A stretch of DNA of 60,575 nt from assembly GCA_964404645.1 (NCBI GenBank), contig CAYOKU010000001.1, positions 1-60,575 of the forward strand. The letters are read 5' to 3'. This stretch comes from an uncultured Alistipes sp. Its GTDB lineage: Bacteria > Bacteroidota > Bacteroidia > Bacteroidales > Rikenellaceae. Both the position numbers and the translations under genes were made by a program. The first letter of the stretch is position 1. Each line of letters starts with the position of its first letter. Shown in pieces: positions 1-11,200 of the stretch. The notes under the pieces are model-generated. The model had not been told where the DNA came from and ran no database searches. It saw nothing but the letters and a program-made list of their open reading frames with translations.

Positions 1-250
1 CCTTGCGGCAGATCTGGTCGCGATCGTTGATCGTCTCGATGTAGTGGGTTTTCACGCCTGCTTTCTGCAACTCTTTAAAAATAAGCGTTGAAATCTCATT
101 ATTGAGCACGCCTTTATTCTCGATAGTGGCCTTTTTGATGTTGTTGAAAGCCGTTGCTGCATCCTTGTAGTGGATGATGATTTTATCGGGATCATCGGTG
201 CGGAAAACCTGTTTTGCTTTGCCCTCGTAGAGCATTTCGAGCTGTTTCAT
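1..250 (-). CDS. purC: SAICAR synthetase, 5' part (runs off window)
   Basis: Manual translation from ATG at 250: [36 protein letters not shown]..., the PurC N-terminal LYEGKAK motif; follows purL. Confidence 0.93.
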   Translation of the reverse strand, partial: MKQLEMLYEGKAKQVFRTDDPDKIIIHYKDAATAFNNIKKATIENKGVLNNEISTLIFKELQKAGVKTHYIETINDRDQICRK

Positions 251-291
251 GATGTGCTTGTTTTTAAGTTTATATGATCTGTTTTCGTTCT

Positions 292-3200
292 TTATTTATT
301 CTTTCTGAAATAGTTGACGGCATTGACAAAAAGCCCCTGCTCTTTGTTTCCGGTTATATTCTTGAAGAGATTCTTTTCATAACGCTCCGTGTGTCCCATT
401 TTTCCAAGGATCTGACCGTTCTCCGAGATGATCCCTTCGATCGCATACGATGATCCATTGGGATTATAGGGAGCCTCAACCGTCGGTTCACCAGCGGGAT
501 CGACATATTGGAACGCCACCTGTCCGTTGGCAAAAAGTTGACGAGCCAACTCTTCACTCACCACAAATTTACCCTCTCCGTGGCTCACGGCAATTGCATG
601 CAGTTCGCCCGCCTCAAAACTTTGTAACCACGGTGATGCGGTTGTAGCCACGCGCGTGGTGACGATTTGCGAGATATGGCGGTTGATATCGTTGCGGAAG
701 AGTGTCGGAGATGACTTGCCGACCATACCCAGTCGTCCGTAAGGTAGCAGACCCGACTTGACAAGAGCCTGAAAACCGTTGCAGATACCCAGAATCAGGC
801 CGCCGCGGTCGAGTAACGCATGAATCTCCTCGCGAATGTCGGCATTATTCAGCACATTGACGATAAATTTGGCACTTCCGTCCGGTTCGTCACCGGCCGA
901 GAAACCACCGCTCAATACAAAGATGTGGGCCCGGCGAATATGCTCCTTCATCTCGGTAATCGAACGCAGAATATCGTCTGCTGCAATGTTACACAACACG
1001 CTGGTAGTCACTTCGGCTCCGGCACGGCGGAACGCTTTGGCAGTATCGTAATCGCAATTGGTTCCGGGGAAAACAGGCAGATAGGCTACCGGATGTTCGA
1101 CGGGAGCACCAGGGTAGCAATAGGTACGCGAGGCGGGAGCGGCACTCATCACCTCGGCGCGATTCTCTCCTTTATCGGGATAAATTGTCGCAAATTTTTC
1201 GGTATTGGCCGCATAAAGCGCATCAAGCGGCATCTTCTCTGCGGCAATGGTCAACATCTGATCGACCGTTGTAAATCCGACCATTTCAGCATCGGGGTAC
1301 TCCAAAGTCCCCTCACACACCACCACAATCGAACCATAGGCGTAGTTGTAAAGTGCGGTTTCTGGCATCGTAACCTCTGCACCGATGGCGTTACCGAATG
1401 CCATTTTGGCCAAAGCTTCGGCCACACCACCCATACCAACCGCCCAAGCCGCCGTAATCTTGCCACACTCAATCTGCTCGCTCACGAACGTAAAATTGCG
1501 TTTAAGTTGATCGGTATCGGGCATATAATCCGCCTTGGGCGTATGACGCACCAGATAGATACGATCTCCGGCCTTTTTGAATTCGGGAGAGATGATCCGT
1601 CCGGCATTGACCGTGGTGATACCGAATGCCATAAGCATCGGCGGCACATTGATCTGCTGGAAGGTTCCCGACATCGAGTCTTTACCACCGATTGACGGCA
1701 GCCCCAACTCCACCTGCATTTTCAACGCTCCCAACAATGCGCTGAGGGGTTTACCCCACGAATTCGGCTCCTTGGTCATACGCTCGAAATACTCCTGGTA
1801 GGAGTAGCGCATGCGGTCGTAGCGCGCTCCGGCCGCCACGACCTTCGCCGCAGCCTCGACAACGGCATAAGCCGCACCGTGATAAGGGCTCCACGAAGCC
1901 ACATAGGGATTGTAGCCGAAGGCCATGATGCTGGCCGTATCGGTATAACCGTCAACAGGAAGTTTCTGTACCGAGACTTGGGTTTCGGTGCGCTGCGTGC
2001 GTCCACCGAAGGGCATCAGCACGGTCGAGGCTCCGATCGAGGCATCGAACATCTCGATCAGTCCGCGCTGCGACACGACATTCTTATCTTTCAGATTGTT
2101 CTCAAAGCGTTCTCTCACCGTTTCTCCGGCGATCGATCGTTCAAAAGGATTGCGCTCCTCAACCTCGGCAATGGTCGCCTCGGCGTAATGTTTCGCCCCC
2201 GCGCTGTCGATAAATTCACGGCTCAGATCGACAATCTTCTCATCGCCAATGAACATGCGCATCCGCGCCGTATCGGTCACATCGGCCACATGTACCGCCT
2301 CGATATTCTCTTCGCGGCAATAACGCATAAACTCTGCGGCATCTTTGGCCTCCACGACCACCGACATACGCTCTTGCGACTCACTGATTGCCAGCTCAGT
2401 AGCATTTAAACCGCTATATTTGGTCTTCACACGATCGAGATAAATATCAAGACCATCCGCCAACTCGCCAATCGCCACGCTGACACCTCCCGCACCGAAG
2501 TCATTCGATTTTTTCACCAAACGGGTCGCCTCCGGACGACGAAACAGGCGTTCGAGTTTACGCTCCTCGGGAGCATTTCCCTTCTGCACCTCACTACCGC
2601 ATGTTTCGAGTGATTTGACATCGTGCTCTTTCGACGAACCCGTTGCTCCACCGATACCATCACGTCCCGTGCGGCCACCAAACATGATAATCATATCGCC
2701 ACTCTGCGGCTTTTCGCGCCGCACATTTTCGGCTTTGACCGCTCCGACTACCGCGCCGACCTCCAATCGCTTGGCTACATAGTCGTCGTGGTAGATCTCG
2801 CGCACATGAGTTGTTGCCAAACCGATCTGATTGCCATAGCTCGAATAACCGGCTGCCGCCTTTTTCGAGATCACGCTCTGCGGCAATTTGCCTGCAAGCG
2901 TATCGGCCACTTTCTGATAAATATCACCGGCTCCGGTCACACGCATCGCCTGATAGACGTAGCTACGTCCCGACAACGGGTCGCGAATCGCACCGCCCAA
3001 ACAGGTCGAAGCACCGCCGAAAGGCTCAATCTCGGTGGGGTGATTATGAGTTTCGTTCTTGAATTGCAGAAGCCATTTCTCGGTTACGCCGTCCACATCG
3101 ACATCTACATACACCGAGCAGGCATTATTTTCGTCACTTACCTCCATGTCGTCCAACAGCCCCTGCTGGCGAAGGTAACGCGCACCGATTGTCGCCATAT

Positions 3201-4002
3201 CCATCAGGCACAGCGGTTTGTGCTCACGCCCCAACTCCCGGCGAATGCGCAGGTAGAGCGACAACGATGATTCGATCTCCGACTTAACGAATGACTCTTC
3301 AACAGTGATTCCTTCCAATTCGGTCGTAAAGGTGGTGTGGCGACAATGATCGCTCCAATAGGTATCGAGAATGCGCAACTCTGTTTCATACGGATCACGC
3401 CCTTCGGCACGGAAGTAGCTCACTACCTCGGCCAAGTCATCGGCATTCATCGCCAACCCCATCTGCTTACAATAGGCCTCATAGGCCTCCTCCTTCATCA
3501 GACGGAAGCCATCAAGCACCGGCACAGGTTTCACCTCGGCCTGTTCCATATCGGAGAGCACTTCGAGATTCTTCTCGCGCGACTCCACCGCATTGATGTA
3601 GTAATGTTTGATCTTCTCCACCGCGGCATCGGCAACCGTCGCATCGAATAGCAGCAACTTCGAGGAACGAATCCGCACATCGGCCGATGGGTCAATCAAT
3701 CGCACGCAATCCACGGCCGATGCCGCACGCTGGTCGAACTGTCCGGGCAGAAATTCAACAGCAAGGGCTTTGCTGCCCGTCATGTCACATTGCTCCGAAA
3801 CTTCGTCCGTCACGATCTCGCCGAAGACTGAGTAACGACTCTTGTCGAGCAGCTCCTCGCTGAATCCGAACAGGTCGTAGACACACAGCAAACGCAGCGA
3901 GTCGAGTTGTAGGTTGAGATGGGTGTTCAATTCGCGACGCAAGCTTTCGGCCTCGACACGGAATTGGGGTCGTTTTTCTACAAAAATGCGGTAATTCTTC
4001 AT
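292..4002 (-). CDS. purL: Phosphoribosylformylglycinamidine synthase, single-chain (synthetase plus glutaminase)
   Basis: [24 protein letters not shown]; C-terminal glutaminase LGICNGFQ and GHTER. Confidence 0.96.
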   Translation of the reverse strand: MKNYRIFVEKRPQFRVEAESLRRELNTHLNLQLDSLRLLCVYDLFGFSEELLDKSRYSVFGEIVTDEVSEQCDMTGSKALAVEFLPGQFDQRAASAVDCVRLIDPSADVRIRSSKLLLFDATVADAAVEKIKHYYINAVESREKNLEVLSDMEQAEVKPVPVLDGFRLMKEEAYEAYCKQMGLAMNADDLAEVVSYFRAEGRDPYETELRILDTYWSDHCRHTTFTTELEGITVEESFVKSEIESSLSLYLRIRRELGREHKPLCLMDMATIGARYLRQQGLLDDMEVSDENNACSVYVDVDVDGVTEKWLLQFKNETHNHPTEIEPFGGASTCLGGAIRDPLSGRSYVYQAMRVTGAGDIYQKVADTLAGKLPQSVISKKAAAGYSSYGNQIGLATTHVREIYHDDYVAKRLEVGAVVGAVKAENVRREKPQSGDMIIMFGGRTGRDGIGGATGSSKEHDVKSLETCGSEVQKGNAPEERKLERLFRRPEATRLVKKSNDFGAGGVSVAIGELADGLDIYLDRVKTKYSGLNATELAISESQERMSVVVEAKDAAEFMRYCREENIEAVHVADVTDTARMRMFIGDEKIVDLSREFIDSAGAKHYAEATIAEVEERNPFERSIAGETVRERFENNLKDKNVVSQRGLIEMFDASIGASTVLMPFGGRTQRTETQVSVQKLPVDGYTDTASIMAFGYNPYVASWSPYHGAAYAVVEAAAKVVAAGARYDRMRYSYQEYFERMTKEPNSWGKPLSALLGALKMQVELGLPSIGGKDSMSGTFQQINVPPMLMAFGITTVNAGRIISPEFKKAGDRIYLVRHTPKADYMPDTDQLKRNFTFVSEQIECGKITAAWAVGMGGVAEALAKMAFGNAIGAEVTMPETALYNYAYGSIVVVCEGTLEYPDAEMVGFTTVDQMLTIAAEKMPLDALYAANTEKFATIYPDKGENRAEVMSAAPASRTYCYPGAPVEHPVAYLPVFPGTNCDYDTAKAFRRAGAEVTTSVLCNIAADDILRSITEMKEHIRRAHIFVLSGGFSAGDEPDGSAKFIVNVLNNADIREEIHALLDRGGLILGICNGFQALVKSGLLPYGRLGMVGKSSPTLFRNDINRHISQIVTTRVATTASPWLQSFEAGELHAIAVSHGEGKFVVSEELARQLFANGQVAFQYVDPAGEPTVEAPYNPNGSSYAIEGIISENGQILGKMGHTERYEKNLFKNITGNKEQGLFVNAVNYFRKNK

Positions 4003-4018
4003 TATCTGTTATTTACAC

Positions 4019-5116
4019 TTATTTTACAAATCTATCAGCCCACTTGGCAGCATACTCCTCGGCATTCATTCCGACAAAGGTAATATGCCCCATTTTGCGT
4101 TTGGGGCGACTTTCGGTTTTGCCATAGAGGTGCACATACACCCCTTCGGGATGTTCGGCCGCAAGTTGTTCGGCCGCTGCAAGATCTTGTCCCAAGATAT
4201 TTTTCATCACGGTCGGAGCCACCAATTGCGGTTCTTGGAGCGGCTCGTCCAAAAGCATGCGCACCAACTCCCGAAACTGGTTGGTCGTGCACCCTTCGAT
4301 CGTATAGTGACCGCTGTTGTGAGGGCGTGGAGCCATCTCGTTGAAGAGAAAACGGCCATCGCGCACAAACAACTCGATCGCCAAAATACCCACGTAACCG
4401 CACTGCTGCATAAAACGCTCGCTCACCATACGCATACGAGTCAGAATCTCGGCATCGGCCTCTTCGGCCGGCACATAACAGAGATCGAGGATCCCATCGC
4501 GATGTACATTGCGACCTACCGGAAAACTGATCGTCTGCCGACCATCGGAAACCAGCACAATGCTCGCCTCGTAGTCGAAACGGACAAACTCTTCGAGAAT
4601 GCACGGCACGGCGAGCATCGGCAACGCCCGCGTTACATCCTCCTCGCTACGCAGCACCATCTGTCCGTGGCCATCGTAACCGAGCGTCCGCGTTTTCAGC
4701 ACGCTGGGCAATCCGATCTGCCGCACCGCCACACGCAACGACTCTTCATCATCCACCGCCGCATAAGCCGGTGTAAAAAAACCATAAGCTCGCGCATTCT
4801 CCTTTTCGCGCAGACGATCTTGCGAATCGTACAGCGGTTGAAAGCCCTGCGGAATATGGAACCGGTGTACGAGCGGCATCAGGATCTTTCCGGGAATATT
4901 CTCAAATTCGTAAGTGACGACATCGCAGCAACGGCATAGTCGTTCCAAAGCCGCCGGATCATCAAATTGTCCCACCATATGATCGTCACACACAGCAAAC
5001 GCCGGAGCATCCTCCGCCGGATCGAGGCAGATCACTCGTGCGCCCAGTTCATGCGCCTGCTCCGCGATCATCAACCCCAACTGACCGCCGCCGATAATAC
5101 CGATTGTTTTAGCCAT
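4019..5116 (-). CDS. purK: N5-CAIR synthetase (ATP-grasp)
   Basis: GGGQLG, LGYDGHGQ, NEMAPRPHNSGH, LYGK...RKMGH. Confidence 0.95.
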   Translation of the reverse strand: MAKTIGIIGGGQLGLMIAEQAHELGARVICLDPAEDAPAFAVCDDHMVGQFDDPAALERLCRCCDVVTYEFENIPGKILMPLVHRFHIPQGFQPLYDSQDRLREKENARAYGFFTPAYAAVDDEESLRVAVRQIGLPSVLKTRTLGYDGHGQMVLRSEEDVTRALPMLAVPCILEEFVRFDYEASIVLVSDGRQTISFPVGRNVHRDGILDLCYVPAEEADAEILTRMRMVSERFMQQCGYVGILAIELFVRDGRFLFNEMAPRPHNSGHYTIEGCTTNQFRELVRMLLDEPLQEPQLVAPTVMKNILGQDLAAAEQLAAEHPEGVYVHLYGKTESRPKRKMGHITFVGMNAEEYAAKWADRFVK

Positions 5117-5127
5117 TCCGAATCTGC

Positions 5128-5595
5128 TTACAATGCTGCGTTCAACACATCCGATGTCTGTTTTGCACGGAAGGCATCGAGCCGTTCGGCCAACGCTGCA
5201 TCCTGCAAAGCAAGAATTGACACCGCAATCAGAGCCGCATTCTTCGCCCCGTTGATCGCGGTGGTCGCCACCGGCACACCGGCCGGCATCTGCACGATCG
5301 AAAGCAATGAATCGAGCCCGTTCAACGCACGCGACTTAACGGGAACCCCCACCACAGGCAACGTTGTCATCGAGGCGACCATTCCGGGCAGATGAGCCGC
5401 GCCACCCGCTCCGGCGATAATAACACCAAGACCACGTTGACGCGCCGTCTTGGCATATTCGCACAGCAAATCGGGCGTGCGGTGAGCACTAACCACCCGC
5501 TTTTCGAAATCGACACCGAACTCTTCGAGCGTGCGGACGGCATCAACCATCACCTCATAATCGCTCGTTGAGCCCATAATAACTCCTACTTTCAT
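5128..5595 (-). CDS. purE: N5-CAIR mutase
   Basis: [30 protein letters not shown]. Confidence 0.97.
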   Translation of the reverse strand: MKVGVIMGSTSDYEVMVDAVRTLEEFGVDFEKRVVSAHRTPDLLCEYAKTARQRGLGVIIAGAGGAAHLPGMVASMTTLPVVGVPVKSRALNGLDSLLSIVQMPAGVPVATTAINGAKNAALIAVSILALQDAALAERLDAFRAKQTSDVLNAAL

Positions 5596-5618
5596 CGTCT
5601 AATGTTCTAAAAAAATCT

Positions 5619-5657
5619 AAAAAACAGAGCCGCCACGACATTCCATGTCATGGCGGC
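5619..5657 (-). terminator. Intrinsic terminator in the purE leader (attenuator)
   Basis: Minus strand GCCGCCATGACA-TGGAA-TGTCGTGGCGGC then TCTGTTTTTT; lies between the promoter and the purE ATG. Confidence 0.75.
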
Positions 5658-5663
5658 ACCTAT

Positions 5664-5813
5664 TTAGCTGAGCATCCCAAGAGCCGACACCTGCTGCCGA
5701 TTGAACTGCGCACAGGAATTCCGCTGCTTTCGACACGACGACAAATAAAACGCAGCGGCTTGCCCCTGCTGTTTTTTTCGTTCACGCTGGTCGAAATAGC
5801 CGATTGGAATCAT
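5664..5813 (-). CDS. Putative 49-aa pur leader peptide
   Basis: Manual translation MIPIGYFDQRERKKQQGQAAAFYLSSCRKQRNSCAQFNRQQVSALGMLS*; stop codon 6 nt before the terminator stem. Confidence 0.55.
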   Translation of the reverse strand: MIPIGYFDQRERKKQQGQAAAFYLSSCRKQRNSCAQFNRQQVSALGMLS

Positions 5814-5854
5814 TGAATGCTGTGATTAACCTAACTTTTGTTAAAAATACGCTA

Positions 5855-5862
5855 CAAAAGTA
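5855..5862 (-). promoter_or_regulatory. Bacteroidota sigma-A -7 element for the pur operon
   Basis: TACTTTTG matches TAnnTTTG. Confidence 0.65.
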
Positions 5863-5956
5863 GCTATTTTTGGCCGAGATTCAAAATTATCCGATAGATT
5901 CTATCGACATTTTATTGACAGCGATCTCTCGTTAACCAATCATTGGTAACAATAGC

Positions 5957-5991
5957 ACGAGGAGGAAGAGTATCACACCCTTCCTCCTCGT
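5957..5991 (-). terminator. Hairpin downstream of the last GH92 gene
   Basis: ACGAGGAGGAAG...CTTCCTCCTCGT 12-bp inverted repeat; weak U-tract. Confidence 0.55.
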
Positions 5992-6007
5992 ATCTCTATT
6001 GATTATT

Positions 6008-8260
6008 CTACTCTCCCTCCTGCATCGCGAAACGCAGTTTGACACCTCGCAACAGCTCCGAATAGTGCAGAACTGGATCCGAATAGGTGTGGCCGTTGAG
6101 TGTCATTGATGAGACATAACGATTTTTATCGCTGTTCGAATACCCCTCAATCACAATATCGTGGCCGTTTTCGAGGTGAACCGTCGCCTTACGGAAGAGC
6201 GGAGCTCCGATCGCATATTCATCCGAGGCAGGACACACGGGATAGAATCCCAACGCCGAAAAGACATACCATGCCGAAGTCTGTCCGTTATCCTCATCGC
6301 CGCAATAGCCATCCGGTTTGGCCGAATAGAGGCGATTCATCACCTCGCGTACCCAAAATTGAGTCTTGTGCGGTTGACCGACATACCCATAAAGGTAGAT
6401 CATGTGCTGTGCCGGTTGGTTACCGTGGGCATAGTTACCCATATTGGCAATCTGCATCTCGGTGATCTCATGGATACGCGCTCCGTAGTAGCTATCGTCA
6501 TAGATCGGCGGCACAACAAATACCGAATCGAGCATCTTGGCGAATTCGGCCTTACCGCCCATCAGATCGGCCAACCCCTCGACATCGTGAAAGACCGACC
6601 ACGTGTAATGCCATGCATTGCCCTCGGTGAATACCCCACCCCATTTGTAGGGCGAGAAGGGCGTTTCGAACGAACCGTCGGCATTGCGACCGCGCATAAG
6701 TCGGGTCTCAGGATCGAAGAGATTGCGGTAGTTCTGTGAGGCCTTCGTTAGGCGCGCAGCATCTTCGCTACGGCCGAGTTTCTCGGCAACCTGCGCAATA
6801 CACCAATCATCGTAGGCATATTCGAGCGTGCGAGCCGCACTTTCATTGATTCCTTTGTCGCAAGGCACATATCCCAACGTATTGTAGTATTGGTGTCCCA
6901 ACCGCCCTGTCGAGCTGACGGTAGGATGCACCGTATCGCGGCCACGAAGCATGGCAGTATAAAGCGTTTCGAGATCGGCATCGGGTGTCACACCTTTCAG
7001 AATCGCATCCGCAACCACCGAGGCCGAGTTATTACCCACCATGCAGCCACGATGGCCGGGGGAGGCCCATTCGGGCAGGAAACCGCTCTCGCGTGCCGTA
7101 TTGGCCAGCCCCTGCTGAATCTCGGCATTAACCGACGGATAGACCAGATTCAACAGCGGGAAAAGCGCGCGGAAGGTGTCCCAAAATCCGGTATCGGTAT
7201 ACATATAGCCGGCCAGCACCTCTCCGTTATAGGGACTGTAATGCACGGGCTGACCATCGGCTCCGATCTCATAAAATTTGCGCGGAAAGAGCACCGAGCG
7301 GTAGAGGCACGAGTAGAAGGTACGGTATTGATCAACAGAACCGCCCTCCACCTCGATGCGACCGAGAACCTCATTCCAACGCTCTGCGGCCTTGTTCTTC
7401 ACCTGTTCGAAGGTGCTGTCGCCCAACTCGCCAAGGTTTCGTTCTGCCTGCTCAACCGAGATAAACGAGGAGGCAACTCTCGCCGTAATCTGCTCGCCGC
7501 GTGTGGTTGTAAAATGCACTTTGGCAACAGCATGCTCGCCCTCGGCTGATTTGCCACCTTCGGGATAGAGCATCTCGCTACCGGCTTTATATTTTGCAGG
7601 ATTGGTCGTCAACTCGATACTATTGATCGGTTTATCGAAACGAATCACAAAATAGTTGCGGAAATTATCGGGGACGCCTCCGCTATTACGAGTCGTATAG
7701 CCAACGATCGTCTGCGAATCAACCAATTCAAGACGCGATCCTTGGTCGAAAGCATCGACCACCACGCCCGATTCGCCTGATTCGGGAAAGGTAAAGCGCA
7801 TCATGACGGCACGTTCGGTCGGAGTGATCTCGGCCGTAATATCGTGGTCGGCCAGATAGACTTTATAATAATAGGGACGAGCCTCCTCGGATTGGTGCGA
7901 GAACCAGCTCACTCGCGCCACTTCGTCCAGCTTATCGCGGCCTACGACGGGCATCAACGAAAATTGTCCGTAGTCGTTGATCCACGGTGAAGGTTGGTGG
8001 GTCTGTTTGAAGCCGCGAATTGTGCGCGCGCCATAGGTGTATGCCCAACCGTCCCCCATCTTTCCGGTTTGGGGTGTCCAGAAATTCATCCCCCACGGCA
8101 AAGCCACCGCAGGATAGGTATTTCCGGTAGAGAGTGCGTAATCGGACTGCGTACCGACCAGCGTCGATACATATTCGACAGGGGCGAGCATCGGTTCGGC
8201 CGAATCCGTTCGGCATCCGCCAAGCAGCACAACCGCCGCCGCTAAAATAACAGTTCGCAT
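6008..8260 (-). CDS. GH92 alpha-mannosidase (likely alpha-1,2), lipoprotein
   Basis: LSTGNTYP, GFWDTFR, TEGNAWHY, HGNQP, GDEDNGQTSAW; lipobox LLGGC. Confidence 0.92.
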   Translation of the reverse strand: MRTVILAAAVVLLGGCRTDSAEPMLAPVEYVSTLVGTQSDYALSTGNTYPAVALPWGMNFWTPQTGKMGDGWAYTYGARTIRGFKQTHQPSPWINDYGQFSLMPVVGRDKLDEVARVSWFSHQSEEARPYYYKVYLADHDITAEITPTERAVMMRFTFPESGESGVVVDAFDQGSRLELVDSQTIVGYTTRNSGGVPDNFRNYFVIRFDKPINSIELTTNPAKYKAGSEMLYPEGGKSAEGEHAVAKVHFTTTRGEQITARVASSFISVEQAERNLGELGDSTFEQVKNKAAERWNEVLGRIEVEGGSVDQYRTFYSCLYRSVLFPRKFYEIGADGQPVHYSPYNGEVLAGYMYTDTGFWDTFRALFPLLNLVYPSVNAEIQQGLANTARESGFLPEWASPGHRGCMVGNNSASVVADAILKGVTPDADLETLYTAMLRGRDTVHPTVSSTGRLGHQYYNTLGYVPCDKGINESAARTLEYAYDDWCIAQVAEKLGRSEDAARLTKASQNYRNLFDPETRLMRGRNADGSFETPFSPYKWGGVFTEGNAWHYTWSVFHDVEGLADLMGGKAEFAKMLDSVFVVPPIYDDSYYGARIHEITEMQIANMGNYAHGNQPAQHMIYLYGYVGQPHKTQFWVREVMNRLYSAKPDGYCGDEDNGQTSAWYVFSALGFYPVCPASDEYAIGAPLFRKATVHLENGHDIVIEGYSNSDKNRYVSSMTLNGHTYSDPVLHYSELLRGVKLRFAMQEGE

Positions 8261-8264
8261 CAAT

Positions 8265-11200
8265 TTATTGGTTTAAGGTATTTAACAAATTAATTTTCCC
8301 GTCATTGACCAACTTCACAATCAGTTCGCCGAAGAGTGTATTTTGCCAAGCAAACCACGCCCGCGTAAAGTTCGAGGCATCGTCCTTATGGAACGACTCA
8401 TGCATGAATCCAGTGCCGGCATCGGTACGCATCAACATGCGCAACGATTCGGCAATCTCTTGGTCATCGGTAGCAGTAAAGGCTCGCATCATGATACTCA
8501 TCGGCCAGATCATCTGCACGCCGATGTGCGGCCCCCCGATCCCCTCTCCGGCTGCGCCGCGAAAGAAGTAGGGATTATCCTCGCTCCATACGAAACGACG
8601 GGTATTTTCGTAGATCGGATCCTTGCGATCCACATCGCCCAGATAGGCCATCGCCAACAACGAGGGAACATTGGCATCATCCATCAAAAAACGCCCCCCG
8701 AATCCGTCAACCTCAAAAGCGTAGATTTTTCCGTATTTGGGATGTTCGACCACCGCCTCTTTTTTCAACGCCGCAGCTACCTCATCGGCCAAAGCCCGAC
8801 ACTCTCCGGCCAACGACTGTTCATCGCCCGTAGCCGTGAGAATCTCAGCCGCTTTGCGCAACGAGCTGACAGCCATAAAATTCGAAGGAATCAGAAACTC
8901 AAAGGTAGTTGCATCGTCCGATGGGCGAAATGCCGAGGCGATCAACCCCACGGGGCGAACCGGATTCCCATGTCCAACCGTACATTTGGTATCCAACTGT
9001 CGATCAGTCACGCGCAGGAACGTATAGGGGCCAAGTCCCTCTTTCCGCTGCTGTTCGCGCATCGTTTTGACAATCGCAGCAATAGCCGACTGCCAATGTT
9101 TGTCGAAAACCGAGGTATCACCCGTTGTTTTCCAATAGTGATAAGCCAATCGAATCGGGTAGCAGTGCGAGTCAATCTCCCATTTGCGTTCGAATACCCA
9201 CGGACTTTGCGGATAGAATGCAGCATCCTCACCAGCCCCCGTAGCTCCGTCATTAAAAGCATTGGCATAGGGGTCAATGGTAATCAGTTTGAACTGGCGG
9301 CGGATGACACCGGCAATCATGCGCCGCAGCTTCTCATCTTGGGGAGCGAACTGCACATAAGGCCACACCTGCGCCCCCGAATCGCGGAGCCACATGGCCG
9401 GAATATCGCCCGTATAGACATAGGTATCGGGCTGCCCTTCCTCATCCTCGCGTGCATGCACGGTCGTATCGAGCGTATTGGGAAAGCAGTTCTTAAACAT
9501 CCAGCGCAGACGTTCATCGGTAATCTGCTCGCTGATTCTCGCGATCTCAGCCTCGACCGCCTCGGAGGTAAAAACCCGTTTATCAACATCGGGACGTTGC
9601 GAGAGGTACTCCTCCGGTTCATCAATGCAATACCACGTGCGCGGCTCCGCACCCATTTCGAAGGTCAGTTCACCGCCCGCCATAATGTCCCGATAGTCGA
9701 TATAGGCTTTGGCGTAGGGTTTTCCATTAAGCAGAACCGATTGGATATACTTGTTATCGGCCGAATTGTTATGCGCCGTGATCGTAAACGATCCGTTCGG
9801 CAGAGCGATCTCTACCCGATCAAAAAGTGGCGACCCGAACCAATAGCGACCGTCAGCCGGATTGACTTGATAAAATCCCATCGAAGAGAGCACGTACCAG
9901 GCCGACATCTGTCCCACATCTTCATTGCCCGAAAGTCCATCAGGTGCATCGTGGTAGAGAGTCGAGAGCACCTCGCGCACCTTATCGGCCGTCTTCCAAG
10001 GTTGACCGACCATTGTATAGAGGTAGAGAATATGGTGACTCGGCTCGTTACCGTGGGCATATTGGCCGATCAAACCCGAAATATCGGGTGAGGCATCGTC
10101 TGCAAGTTGCGAGCTTACGGTAAAGAGAGAATCGAGTTTTTCGACAAAGGCTTTTCGCGTACCGAAACAGCCGACCAACCCCTCCACATCATGCGGAGCC
10201 AACCACGTATATTGCCAAGCATTTCCCTCGCAGTAGTCATCGGCACGATGTGACGAAGAGAAGGGACTAAACGGAGTATTGAACTGCCCCTTCGAATCGA
10301 CACCGCGCATAAAACGGGTCGAAGGGTCGAAGAAATGACGGTAAGAGTGGCTACGTGCGGTGAAAAATGCGTAATCTTCGCTCTTACCCAATGCTTGGGC
10401 AGCCGCAGCCGCAGCTCCATCGGCAATGGCATACTCCATATCGAAGGCCACCGACTCGGTCATCTTGTCGCAAGGGATATAACCGTACTCTTGCCGCAGA
10501 TCACCGCCACGCCCCCGATCCATCGCCGTTGCTTTGATCGCTTCGAACGCCTTCTCGCGATCGAAGCCGGGGATCCCTTTCACAATCGCATCGGCTACCA
10601 CACAGATACCCGGATTGCCAACCATACAGTCGGTTTCGTTGCCCATCAGATGCCAGACGGGCAGACGACCCTGCTGCTCATAGATTTTAAGCATCGTATT
10701 GATAATATCGGGCATTCGATCAGTATGGAGCAGCGTCATGAGCGGCTGTGCAGCACGATAGGTGTCCCACAACGAGAAGGTCGTATAGTTGACAAAACCC
10801 TCGGGAGCATGGTTCTGGTGATCGGAACCGTAATAGCTGCCGTCCGTATCGCAGAAAACAGAGGGGGCAATCATCGTGTGGTAGAGAGCCGTATAGAAGA
10901 TTTTGCGTGCCGTGGCATCTTGGGTCTCAACGCGGACTTTGCCCAATTCGGCGTTCCACGCTTTGTCGGCCGCCGCACGGGTCGTTTCAAAATCCCAGTC
11001 GGGAAGTTCGGCGGCAAGATTTGCCTTGGCCCCCTCGACCGATACGGGCGAGAGCGCAACCTTGACCAGCACCTGCTCACCGGCAGCCGTTGCAAACGAC
11101 ACTCGGCCGTAACGTGCGCTGTCAATCACCTCGAAACGGGTAAACGGCTTCGAAAATTCAGCCACAAAATAGACACGTTGATCCTTGGCCCAACCCGTTG

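Noticed and set aside
5596-5860. Known purine, ZTP or PRPP riboswitch in the pur leader
   Set aside because: I could not find their consensus cores by eye; an Rfam scan is still needed to exclude them
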